Source: a virus
DNA length: 64,000 bases
Strand: one strand, 5' to 3'
IMG/VR virus record: IMGVR_UViG_3300048918_000089
Span: 18,457 to 82,456 of that record
The position numbers were made by a program, and so were the translations under genes. The notes beneath the pieces were generated by a model. That model did not search any database. It had not been told where the DNA came from and saw nothing but the letters and a program-made list of their open reading frames with translations. This document shows positions 37,337 through 45,983 of this stretch, one piece after another. Position 1 is the first letter of the stretch. Each line of letters opens with the position of its first letter.

Positions 37337-39863
37337 AGGCTAGCTGTGAGTACAGCTTATTGAAGTTGTCGATTCTCTGTGCCAGTCCGTTTGCACCACC
37401 GTTAACGACCTTCGTGACAGCCGTCACCGCCTGAACGTCTGATCCCGCGTCTGCCTTGGGATTTGCGTTGTGCGTTGACCAGAACCACGCTGCGGAGAGC
37501 AGGGGATACTTCGTTGCAACCAGATCGGGGTTTGCGACAATATCATCCGACACATACCGAGCGAATGCACGATAGTTGTCCTTTCCTGTCAACTGAATGT
37601 AGCCGCGACCACGATACTTGTACCCGTCGCCTGATGCTTCTGAACCGTTGCCCAGACGATCTGCATATGCACGGTTCGCGATTTTCTCGGGCTGATGTTC
37701 GTATGCCGCAGCCTGAGCAGGCGTGAAGTGCGTTGGGAACGTCTTGAGGAGTGCCACAGCCTTGTAGTCGAGTTTTTCAGTTGTCGCAGTGAAGTCCTGC
37801 GACTCCTGCTTGATCTGCGCGATGAAGTGCGCAAGACGGAGAGGCGTATTGATACCGAACTTGTCAATGACCGACGGTAGTTCATCCAACACCTTCTGCG
37901 GTACTGAGCCCTTGAGCTTTTCGAGTGCGTCTGTCATTTCATCTGGAATGGTTGTGGGAACAGGCTCTGCTGTCGGCTTGCATCCCGGTGGGAGAACGTA
38001 GCCCGAGATACGCTCGCGCTTCGCCGTCTTGAGGAAGCAACCACATCCGTTTCTGGAGAAGCCGCCACCTGATGTGTTACCTTCAATCGACGTGAGGTAT
38101 TCATCTGAGTCAATTGAGACGACGATACCTGTATGATTTTCCTTACCTTCGGCACCGTACAGAATTGCAGCACCCGGGCACGGTGCCTTTGAGTACAGTC
38201 CATTCTGCTTGGCCCATGATGCAAAGCCTGCGACTGTCGCAATCTTCGGTGCTTGAATGCCCGCCTGTGACCACCAGTCAATAACGGCACCCATGCACCA
38301 GTAGTAGCCCGATCCTGTTGCCCTCACCTGCGCCTGATTGTTGAGCCCCGCCGACTGCATCATTTCATCAATGCGCCCAGGGAGACCCTTCGCGAGTTCA
38401 CCACCACCTGCACGACCGCCATAGTTGAGGCCGAAACCGCCCGTCGCTTGTGTGCCCGTCTCAAGAATACCTACATCCTTCTTGGCAGCCTCGATGATAG
38501 CGAGCCCAATCGGACAGTCAGTCTGCGGTGGTGTATCATCTGCAGGCGCTGCTGGAACCGACGCCTTCTCATTTGTGTCAAGTTCATCCTGCTTGAGCGC
38601 CGCGTATTCATCTGACGTGTGGATCTGACTATCCTCAGCAATCTTCTTCTCGACCGTCGCTGCCTGACGATCTTCGGCCGTCATTGTGAATGCTGGCGTC
38701 TTGAGATTCACTGCACTCGGATTCAACTTGTTCGTTGCAGATGGCACATCAGCATCATCCGCAGTTGCCGCAACCGGTGCAATACCCGGCATCAGGGAGA
38801 GGCCGAATCCGTTGACGACCGCGCCGCCACCTGAGTTCAACACCGACGTTGCCTTACCGTAGAGCAGGAGCGCAGCGCCTGACTTCACATTCAACACGCC
38901 CGACGAATAGGCCGAGAACGTATGAGTTGCCTTGAGATTGAGGTCCTCACCTTGCACACTAAAGCTCTTGGACTTCATCTGGATTGCGTCGCCCGCTGCA
39001 ATGCGCAGGGTGCCTGCAACGTTCAGTTCCATGTCCTTGTGCACCTTGGCCGTCAATCCACCCTGCACTTCGAGGTCACAGTCATTCTGGACGAGTACGC
39101 GGCACGCACCTGCAACGGTCAGTGAAGCAGAACCTTGTACGAGGATGTGTCCATTCCGTTCAATGATCTGGTAGTCGTCACCGACGATACGCCGCACCAT
39201 TGTGCCATAGGCATCAATCTCGACAAACGATCCCTTCATATGATACAGCTGGATACGCTCAGCACCAGGCGTATCATCAAACTCGACAACGTGTCCCGAC
39301 TCAGTAGCGGTTACATGATTGAAGGGATACTTTGCACCGTACGGAACTTGCGGCTGATCCCACGTCTCACCCGTATTCGCCTGCGGGATCTTGACTGCGC
39401 GAGTGTCCTTCTTCTTGCCGACAGGAGTATCAGCGAGGCCCTGTGCGCGCGCAAGCCGATTCGTGTCGGGCTCACCTCGCAGTTGCTGGAGTGGATACTT
39501 CTTGTTTGGGTCAGTGAAGCCCGAATCAGCAGTCAGTGAGCGGTAGTAATCATCCTGTGGGATACCACCGACCGTGCCCATCATGACAGGCTCTTGACAA
39601 TCGTCACCATCTCGGAAGAAGCCCATGACGGTCGTACCCTCAACGGGGCCGACGGGTGCAGTGCCGATACCAGTCATGGCAGCGGACGTAATAGGCTGAA
39701 GCGGATACGCCCATGGAAGATCAACAGTCGGTAGTTCTTGCTTCGACTGATTGTGGTATCCCATGATGCGGACACGGCACCGTCCTAGAAAGAGCGGATC
39801 ATTCCGATCTTCTACGACCCCCATCCACCAGAAGAACCCACCGTTATTGTACAGGTTAATCAT
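37335..39863 (-). CDS. gp5: baseplate hub spike with CHAP/NlpC-like amidase and GH19 muramidase domains
   Basis: OB fold FFWWMGVVEDRNDP..LGRCRVRIMGYH; ESGHVVEFDDTPGAERI; YWCMGAV...NHTGIVV...IEGNT; LAHFIAQIKQES...YRGRGYIQLTGKDNY. Confidence 0.9.
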   Translation of the reverse strand: MINLYNNGGFFWWMGVVEDRNDPLFLGRCRVRIMGYHNQSKQELPTVDLPWAYPLQPITSAAMTGIGTAPVGPVEGTTVMGFFRDGDDCQEPVMMGTVGGIPQDDYYRSLTADSGFTDPNKKYPLQQLRGEPDTNRLARAQGLADTPVGKKKDTRAVKIPQANTGETWDQPQVPYGAKYPFNHVTATESGHVVEFDDTPGAERIQLYHMKGSFVEIDAYGTMVRRIVGDDYQIIERNGHILVQGSASLTVAGACRVLVQNDCDLEVQGGLTAKVHKDMELNVAGTLRIAAGDAIQMKSKSFSVQGEDLNLKATHTFSAYSSGVLNVKSGAALLLYGKATSVLNSGGGAVVNGFGLSLMPGIAPVAATADDADVPSATNKLNPSAVNLKTPAFTMTAEDRQAATVEKKIAEDSQIHTSDEYAALKQDELDTNEKASVPAAPADDTPPQTDCPIGLAIIEAAKKDVGILETGTQATGGFGLNYGGRAGGGELAKGLPGRIDEMMQSAGLNNQAQVRATGSGYYWCMGAVIDWWSQAGIQAPKIATVAGFASWAKQNGLYSKAPCPGAAILYGAEGKENHTGIVVSIDSDEYLTSIEGNTSGGGFSRNGCGCFLKTAKRERISGYVLPPGCKPTAEPVPTTIPDEMTDALEKLKGSVPQKVLDELPSVIDKFGINTPLRLAHFIAQIKQESQDFTATTEKLDYKAVALLKTFPTHFTPAQAAAYEHQPEKIANRAYADRLGNGSEASGDGYKYRGRGYIQLTGKDNYRAFARYVSDDIVANPDLVATKYPLLSAAWFWSTHNANPKADAGSDVQAVTAVTKVVNGGANGLAQRIDNFNKLYSQLA

Positions 39864-41255
39864 TTAGACCTGAGAATGAAATGAATCCTTCGCAACTTCT
39901 AGCGTCATCGTGTGCTTGCCCGTGAGCGAGAAGTTGTGACGGATTGCTGTCACGAGGTAGAGACCCGAGAGAATCGGGTCGAAGTTCTGCGAGAACTCGG
40001 GGCTTGATGATCCACCCTTCGGAAGACGGATGTACACAAGGCGCCCCACTTCAATGTCAGTACGGCCAGGGACCTGCATCTCAAAGCGCACTGACGACAA
40101 ATCCTGAAGGAGCGAGTTCCGCTGGAGTGCAAACTGCTCGACGTTGTTGTCGGGATTCTTATCACCGAACATCTTGTGCTGCTTGGACCTAAATCCCCGA
40201 TACGAATTGGGTGACCGCAATGTCGAGCCCGCGAACGTGGGTGTTCCTGCCTGCAGATCCTGCACGACACTATTACCCGCTACGCGATATGATTCGAGGT
40301 GATTGAACTTGCTGAACTGTGTGAAGTAATCCCACTGATGCTCGCGATACCGCTTGAGCGTGAGATCGTGGGTAATCAACGTCCCTGCATAGTACCCGAA
40401 GTCCTGTGCCTTCAACCAATCAGATGCTTCAGGAAATGCGAGCGTCTGGATGATCGAATACTGGCGGAATACATCGGGCGGCGCGTATGAGAATCCTGAA
40501 TTGTCACGAATGGCCGCTTCAGCGAAGTAATACTCGGCAAAGATTTGCTGTGCATTCCGCTGGGTCGAGATGACGTCCTCAATTGAACCACAATAGAATG
40601 ACTTGTTTGATTCCCAGAAGAGGACATTCGGCGCATTGCCTTGATCGGAGATGGCGCGCGTGCAGACCCAATTAATGAGCTTGAGCGGAGTCCAGTAGGG
40701 CGAGACAACCTTAACCTGTGTGCGATGATTCGCGATGAAGCGGAGTTCAGAGACAGCGGGGCCTGCACGGAGATAGCGAGGATACTGCAGGTACGTCTGG
40801 AACACCTTCCGGATGATCGTGTCCGTCGCGCCCTCGTATGCGCGAGAGATGGGCATGACGTTATCCATCACACCTTCGGGGGACATGAGCATGAGAGTAT
40901 AGACCTGCTGCTTCGTGTCGAGGACGCGGTGCTTCACGCCCACTACGGCCATCGTGCGCTGAATGAATGAATTGAGTGTCGGCGTCTTGATACGGAATGT
41001 GATTGCCTCTCCGCCCATGATGGGGAGCATTGACACCAGCCCAGCCGCATCGGATAGCTCCAATTCGCCCATCATGACGTTGGCGAAGAGGTCTTCATAG
41101 AGGACAAGATTGAGGGCAAAGTTCTTAATCTCAACATCCTGACCGTTCTTGGTCAGGATCATCTCCTCAATGTACACATCACCCGCAGCTTGGACAGACT
41201 CCGCAGCACCTGCACCCTCTGTCGGAACTGCGGCCGTATTAGAGGTTTCGGCCAT
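39864..41255 (-). CDS. baseplate hub protein (gp27-like)
   Basis: LYEDLF..MMGELELSDA.G...PIMGGE; PNVLFWES; VPGRTDIEVG...SGLYLVTAIRH; adjacent to gp5. Confidence 0.7.
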   Translation of the reverse strand: MAETSNTAAVPTEGAGAAESVQAAGDVYIEEMILTKNGQDVEIKNFALNLVLYEDLFANVMMGELELSDAAGLVSMLPIMGGEAITFRIKTPTLNSFIQRTMAVVGVKHRVLDTKQQVYTLMLMSPEGVMDNVMPISRAYEGATDTIIRKVFQTYLQYPRYLRAGPAVSELRFIANHRTQVKVVSPYWTPLKLINWVCTRAISDQGNAPNVLFWESNKSFYCGSIEDVISTQRNAQQIFAEYYFAEAAIRDNSGFSYAPPDVFRQYSIIQTLAFPEASDWLKAQDFGYYAGTLITHDLTLKRYREHQWDYFTQFSKFNHLESYRVAGNSVVQDLQAGTPTFAGSTLRSPNSYRGFRSKQHKMFGDKNPDNNVEQFALQRNSLLQDLSSVRFEMQVPGRTDIEVGRLVYIRLPKGGSSSPEFSQNFDPILSGLYLVTAIRHNFSLTGKHTMTLEVAKDSFHSQV

Positions 41256-41761
41256 TAGCTATTCACTTCGTTCTTGAAATTCTGTAGGAACTGTGCGAGA
41301 TACTTGGGATCAATCAGGACGATTGACCGCTTGTTGTCATTCTCGCGAATCTCATAATCCCAATTTGTGATGGGGATTAGGTCAGCCTGTGCGTAGAGCG
41401 GTACCGACTCCTCTGCAATCTCGGTACCCGTAAACGCGAGCTCCGTATGATGGAGTGCGTAAATATCATCGTATGCGGCAAGGGCCTTTGCCTCAAGATC
41501 GCTCTGCGACAGCGGCCACTCATTGCGCGGATCAACGATGTTGTTGAGGAGAAGAATCACCCAATAATATGTAGCGGCACCATACACATCAAAGGCAACA
41601 GTCTCGGGGCGATCGCCGTCCTTGATCTGATAGGGGAGAAGCATCGCCGCGTACTTGACGAATCGCTGTCCGACACCTACACGGATAAAGAAGTCGGTGA
41701 TGACTTTCTGTTCGTCACCGACCTTTGCGAGGAAGCGCGGGAACTGCTGAAAGTAGTCCAT
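41255..41761 (-). CDS. gp53: baseplate wedge protein
   Basis: YFQQFP...YQIKDGDRPETVAFDVYG...YYWVILLLNNIVDPRNEWPL. Confidence 0.92.
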   Translation of the reverse strand: MDYFQQFPRFLAKVGDEQKVITDFFIRVGVGQRFVKYAAMLLPYQIKDGDRPETVAFDVYGAATYYWVILLLNNIVDPRNEWPLSQSDLEAKALAAYDDIYALHHTELAFTGTEIAEESVPLYAQADLIPITNWDYEIRENDNKRSIVLIDPKYLAQFLQNFKNEVNS

Positions 41762-43017
41762 TAGAATCCTTGCTTGATGCGTTCAGCCGTGAGCATTTCC
41801 ATTTCAACGAACGTCAGGTTCATGAAGATTTCTGTGGGCGCCCCTTCCATGTCCTGGAACGTCAGGAAGTCCTGACCCCCAAACTCAACCTTCATGTCAG
41901 TAAGCGCGCATGAGGTAATCTTGTGGAGGTGTTCATTCTCATTATCCTTATAGTAATGGATGATGTTGAACTCAGCAGGATAGACGAGGTAATACTTCGA
42001 CGGATCAACGACGGGGTGCATGTACGTCTTGAAAGACCGAATGATCCGCTGCACTTGGTTGTACTCAAGTGCAGACTTTGGTGCAAAAATGTACTCAAAG
42101 GAAAACTTGCGCATGCCCATCGAACGGAACAACTGTTCCTTGTGGGGATTGTTCACACGCGACTCAGCCTTTTCAACGAACGAACGGAAGTCGAATCCTA
42201 GACCGACAAGCTTCGGAAGCATCGCCGCCTTCAGGATTGCTTCACGTGCCATGAAGGACATGAAACCTGTGCGCCCTGCCTGCGCGATAGACCCGATCGA
42301 CCCCAGATCCTGGTCAGACCAATTCGCCGAATACTCCGTCGAGGGCTTCGATTGGATATGGAGCGCGATGCATTCCTTGAGGAGCACGTGCGGCTGCCGA
42401 TTCAGAAGCTTGTCCGCTGTCCCACCTGCCGCATTGCCCGCTGCGAGACCCGCGGTACCCACGATAGAACCCTGTAGAAGTTTTGCCCCCGCACCTGCAA
42501 AATCACCCGCGACAGCAGCACCACCCGCCTTGGCAACTGACACAAGCGCAAGAGACGCACCAAGTGCCTGTCCTGCAATTGGGAGCACGTCTATATTGGC
42601 CGTGTTGATTCGGTTCAGAGAGGTGGGGTCATAGTATGCCCGCGCAGCAGAATCACCACCCGCTTGGTCAAGTCGCGACTGCGGGATGTTGATGAAGAAC
42701 ATGACGTAATGAGGATTCTCGTCATTTCCCAACTCGGCAGGATATCGGTGAACCTGCAGGGTTGAATCGGTCAGAGGTCCCTGAGAGGCAACGGTCGCGC
42801 GAGAGACGGTCGTGAGCATCTTGCCGTCAGGACCCAAGAGCGTCTTGGGCTGGGCGCCGATCGCTGTCGCATTCTTGATTTGGTTACTGATCTCCTGAAA
42901 GCCGCTGACCTCCGCGTTTACTCCTTCTGTCAACTTGTCTTTCGCCAACTGAAAGGCAGACTGACCGAGGAGACTGAAGTCCTGCGGAATTTCTGGCTGT
43001 GGTAGTGGTCCGGGCAT
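41761..43017 (-). CDS. gp48: baseplate tail tube cap
   Basis: RYPAELG...VMFFI; NNPHKEQLFRSMGMRKFSFEYIFAPKS; L.YPAEFNI; CALTDM.V; LTFVEME. Confidence 0.85.
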   Translation of the reverse strand: MPGPLPQPEIPQDFSLLGQSAFQLAKDKLTEGVNAEVSGFQEISNQIKNATAIGAQPKTLLGPDGKMLTTVSRATVASQGPLTDSTLQVHRYPAELGNDENPHYVMFFINIPQSRLDQAGGDSAARAYYDPTSLNRINTANIDVLPIAGQALGASLALVSVAKAGGAAVAGDFAGAGAKLLQGSIVGTAGLAAGNAAGGTADKLLNRQPHVLLKECIALHIQSKPSTEYSANWSDQDLGSIGSIAQAGRTGFMSFMAREAILKAAMLPKLVGLGFDFRSFVEKAESRVNNPHKEQLFRSMGMRKFSFEYIFAPKSALEYNQVQRIIRSFKTYMHPVVDPSKYYLVYPAEFNIIHYYKDNENEHLHKITSCALTDMKVEFGGQDFLTFQDMEGAPTEIFMNLTFVEMEMLTAERIKQGF

Positions 43018-43025
43018 GGGGCTCC

Positions 43026-43067
43026 AATAAATATCGTATGGGCTAGGAGGCTTGCGAGATATTTATG
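43026..43067. promoter_or_regulatory. face-to-face late promoters for gp4 (+, AATAAATA 43026-43033) and gp48 (-, CATAAATA 43060-43067)
   Basis: Both motifs lie in the short divergent gp48/gp4 junction. Confidence 0.6.
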
Positions 43068-43517
43068 CCATATTCCAAGAACGTGTTCTCGGGTCGCTTC
43101 ACACCAAAGCACCCGGAGAAGTACAAAGGAGACCCGACCAATATCATCTATCGGTCGAGCTACGAAATTCGTTTTATGAAGTGGGCCGATCTATCGGAAC
43201 ACGTCCTCGCCTGGAACTCAGAGGAAGTGGTAATCCCGTACATTCACCCGAAGGACGGGCGCGCTCACCGCTACTTCGTGGACTTCATGATCCAAGTCAG
43301 GACCAAGTCGGGGGAGATTAAACGGTTCCTGGTCGAAGTCAAGCCATTTGTGTTCACGCAGGAACCTGTTGTGCCGAAACGCAAGACAAAGCGGTTTCTG
43401 ACAGAGGTCATCCAGTACGCGGTCAATCAAGCGAAGTGGAAGGCAGCGAGGAGTTACGCTGCGGATCGGGGGATTTCGTTCATCATCATTACTGAACGCG
43501 ACTTGGGTACTCTTTAG
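43065..43517 (+). CDS. gp4: head completion protein (TnsA-like endonuclease fold)
   Basis: GRFTPKHPEKYKGDPTNIIYRSSYE...WNSEEVVIPY...HRYFVDF...VEVKP...NQAKWKAA. Confidence 0.93.
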   Translation: MPYSKNVFSGRFTPKHPEKYKGDPTNIIYRSSYEIRFMKWADLSEHVLAWNSEEVVIPYIHPKDGRAHRYFVDFMIQVRTKSGEIKRFLVEVKPFVFTQEPVVPKRKTKRFLTEVIQYAVNQAKWKAARSYAADRGISFIIITERDLGTL

Positions 43518-43542
43518 TGATTGTCAGTTATTCAGTGACTCA

Positions 43543-43549
43543 CTAAATA
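43543..43549 (+). promoter_or_regulatory. late promoter (CTAAATA) for the gp2-gp54-gp26 operon, inside nested inverted repeats
   Basis: Lies between TTCAGTGA (43531-43538) and TCACTGAA (43552-43559). Confidence 0.5.
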
Positions 43550-43571
43550 CTTCACTGAACGACCACACTGC

Positions 43572-43604
43572 AAGTTAGCTCTCCGCAAGCCCTAACGCAA
43601 GCCC
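43572..43604 (-). promoter_or_regulatory. sigma70-like promoter TTGCGT-N17-TAACTT, antisense to gp4 and facing the gp2 late promoter (copy 2)
   Basis: -35 at 43595-43600, -10 at 43572-43577; shares GGGCTTGCGT.AGGGCTTG....AGCTAACTT with 9930-9962. Confidence 0.55.
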
Positions 43605-43616
43605 CAGGTTAGCCGA

Positions 43617-44192
43617 ATGCCGAAGAATCCCCTAGAGTCCATTCGTGAAGTCGCTGGTACCAGACAGCGGTCCTTGCAATGGTATCAAGGGCAGATCAAG
43701 CAACTCGGCCTCTCGCACATTTCGGCTGCAGGTGCTATGTCGGCTGGGATCGGCAAGTTCGTCCCACGCCCCGAAATGGGGAAGATGTATCTGTACGCCT
43801 ACGATCCCAAGACGAAGGAGACGCTGCCGTTCTATGACACGTTCCCGTTGGTCTTCCCGTTCGCCCCTGCGCGCGGCGGTTTCCGTGGGATCAACCTGCA
43901 CTACATCCCACCGATGCTGCGGAATCAGTTCATCCAAGAACTGATGGGTTACGCTGGGTCAAAGACCCTCTCGGAGACGAGTCGGCTCCGCTTGACGTGG
44001 GGTGTCTTGTCGCAGTATGCCGAATCGTTCGCTTGCGTGAAGCATTATCTCACTGGTCACATTCGGTCACGGTTCCTGCAGATTCATCCTGCAGATTGGA
44101 ACACGGCGACGTTGCTACCAATTGAAGGATTCGTGGGAGCCTCGAAGGATGTAGTCTACAAGGACAGCCTAGGAGTCATCGGTGCCGAATAG
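43617..44192 (+). CDS. gp2: DNA end protector protein
   Basis: GKMYLYAYDPKTKETLPFYDTFPLVF...GINLHYIPP...CVKHYL.GH.RS. Confidence 0.93.
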   Translation: MPKNPLESIREVAGTRQRSLQWYQGQIKQLGLSHISAAGAMSAGIGKFVPRPEMGKMYLYAYDPKTKETLPFYDTFPLVFPFAPARGGFRGINLHYIPPMLRNQFIQELMGYAGSKTLSETSRLRLTWGVLSQYAESFACVKHYLTGHIRSRFLQIHPADWNTATLLPIEGFVGASKDVVYKDSLGVIGAE

Positions 44193-45087
44193 TCTGAAGG
44201 AGCTAGCAAACCAGCTACTCAACAACACGCGGAACAGAGTACAGGATACGGTCGCGGGTAAGATCAAGGGTCTTGCTGACGATGTGATTAGTAAGGTCCC
44301 GTACGGTGACCAACTCTCGCAGTGGGCGGGGATCGACCGTGTCGCCAAATTGGTTCGCGACAATGACGCCGATCCCGCAAGCCTCCAGCGATTCATCTCC
44401 CTCCTGAAGGCTGAGGGGATCCAGACGACGGATCGGTTCATGGTGCAGTTCTCAAAGCCGCAGATTGACCTACCTGCTGACACGAATGCGATGGTGGCGC
44501 TGTCCCTCCTCTGTGAGGAAGCGTCACTCCCACAGCACTCGCTTCGGACTCGGACGGTGAAGATTAACGGGCTTGAGTCGCATCGTGCATCGGGCATTGA
44601 CTATCACTCAGACACGATCACCTTCGGGTTCTATCTACAGCGGACCCTGCGCGCCAAGCGATTCTTTGAGAATTGGATGGACGGTATCGTGTCACCGGTG
44701 ACGCGCGAGATTGCATTCTACAACGACTACACGGCGGACGTTGAGATGACGATCCTTGATAAGTCGAACTCACCTGTGTTTAAGATCAAGTTGATGGAAT
44801 GCTTCCCGAGAAGTGTGGAAGCGATTCCGTTGTCGTTCGGATCCCATCAGGCTATGAAGCTCCAAGTCAAGATGGCATTCAACAAGTGGGTCGCGGTGAA
44901 GCACACTGAAGATTCAATCATGCAGGCGGGTGACTCGTTGGTCGATCAGGCTGACAATTCGTTCCTCGGCAATCTGGAACGTCAGGCCATTAACGGTATG
45001 CGTGATATCGGTATCCGGACAGCGACACAAAAGATCGGCGGACCGATCGTCGGCGCAGTGAACAAAATTCTAAGTCGTACACGATAA
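44182..45087 (+). CDS. gp54: baseplate tail tube initiator
   Basis: DRFMVQF...LCEEASLP...FFENWMDGIV...FYNDYTA...L.ECFP.SV.AI.L. Confidence 0.8.
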   Translation: MPNSLKELANQLLNNTRNRVQDTVAGKIKGLADDVISKVPYGDQLSQWAGIDRVAKLVRDNDADPASLQRFISLLKAEGIQTTDRFMVQFSKPQIDLPADTNAMVALSLLCEEASLPQHSLRTRTVKINGLESHRASGIDYHSDTITFGFYLQRTLRAKRFFENWMDGIVSPVTREIAFYNDYTADVEMTILDKSNSPVFKIKLMECFPRSVEAIPLSFGSHQAMKLQVKMAFNKWVAVKHTEDSIMQAGDSLVDQADNSFLGNLERQAINGMRDIGIRTATQKIGGPIVGAVNKILSRTR

Positions 45088-45096
45088 CAACCTGAG

Positions 45097-45801
45097 GTGA
45101 GCATGGCACTACCAACAATGATGGTTCCGAAGTACACGCTGACGCTCCCGTCCAACGGCGTGTCGATCACGTATCGTCCCTTTGTCATGCGCGAGGAAAA
45201 GATCCTGCTTATGGCGGCGGAGGGTTCTGAGAAGGATGTCGTGGATGCAGTAGAGACAGTTATCAACTCCTGCACCTACGGGGCAGTGTCCACAAAAACG
45301 AATCCTCTGTTCGATATTCAGTACGTTTTTCTTCAGATTCGTGCGAAAAGTGTCGGTGAAGTTGCAGAATTTGAACTCGTTTGTGGCAGTTGCTCCGCTC
45401 GACTACCGGCATCGCTGAACGTCGCAGAGCTTGAAGTTGAGAGAACGGAAGGACATTCGGCCGTGATTCTGCTTGAGGGAAAGACGGGTGTGAAGATGCG
45501 GTATCCGCGCCTCGAACATCTGGCACTCCTTGAAAAGGCGGATGACGTTGAAGCCATCTACGGTGTGCTGGCGGCGTGTGTCGAGTCCATTTTTACTGAG
45601 GACGATATCTTCGTCTGTGATGGCTCCAATGTCGAAGAGGTGAAGGAATTTCTCGATGGGCTCACGGCCGACCAATTCAAGAAGGTGCGTGCGTTCTTTG
45701 ATACGATGCCCAAGATGGTGCACACCATTGCGTACACCTGCGAGAAGTGCCAGCAGCCGAATGAGGTTGTCATGAAGGGGCTCGCGGGTTTTTTCGACTA
45801 G
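45097..45801 (+). CDS. gp26: baseplate hub assembly chaperone
   Basis: LP...PKYTLTLPS....YRPFVMREEKILLMA; FDIQYVFLQIRAKSVGE; CGSC; MRYP; FFDTMPK; CEKC; ends GLAGFFD. Confidence 0.92.
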   Translation: MSMALPTMMVPKYTLTLPSNGVSITYRPFVMREEKILLMAAEGSEKDVVDAVETVINSCTYGAVSTKTNPLFDIQYVFLQIRAKSVGEVAEFELVCGSCSARLPASLNVAELEVERTEGHSAVILLEGKTGVKMRYPRLEHLALLEKADDVEAIYGVLAACVESIFTEDDIFVCDGSNVEEVKEFLDGLTADQFKKVRAFFDTMPKMVHTIAYTCEKCQQPNEVVMKGLAGFFD

Positions 45802-45977
45802 CTCTCTCACATGAGACCCTTGCCAACTATTTCAAGACGGCACACATCCTGAAGAGCAAGCATCAATACTCGCTGACCGAGATTGAGAACATGCTCCCAT
45901 GGGAGAGAGACATTTACGTTGCGTTCATCATTCAGGACATTGACAAGAAACTCAAACAGAACCAGCAACCGGTATAA
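45786..45977 (+). CDS. gp51: gp51-like baseplate hub assembly ORF in the -1 frame, with no start codon of its own (probable frameshift extension of gp26)
   Basis: -1 frame reads GFFRLALSHETLANYFKTAHILKSKHQYSLTEIENMLPWERDIYVAFIIQDIDKKLKQNQQPV* (YSLTEIENM.PWER.IY is the gp51 motif). In-frame TGA at 45762-45764 and no ATG/GTG/TTG before the conserved part. Confidence 0.75.
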   Translation, partial: GFFRLALSHETLANYFKTAHILKSKHQYSLTEIENMLPWERDIYVAFIIQDIDKKLKQNQQPV

Positions 45978-45983
45978 TAGGAA

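Noticed and set aside
43065-43517. TnsA-like nuclease as part of a Tn7 transposon
   Set aside because: Motifs and synteny fit T4 gp4; there are no tnsBC genes or transposon ends.
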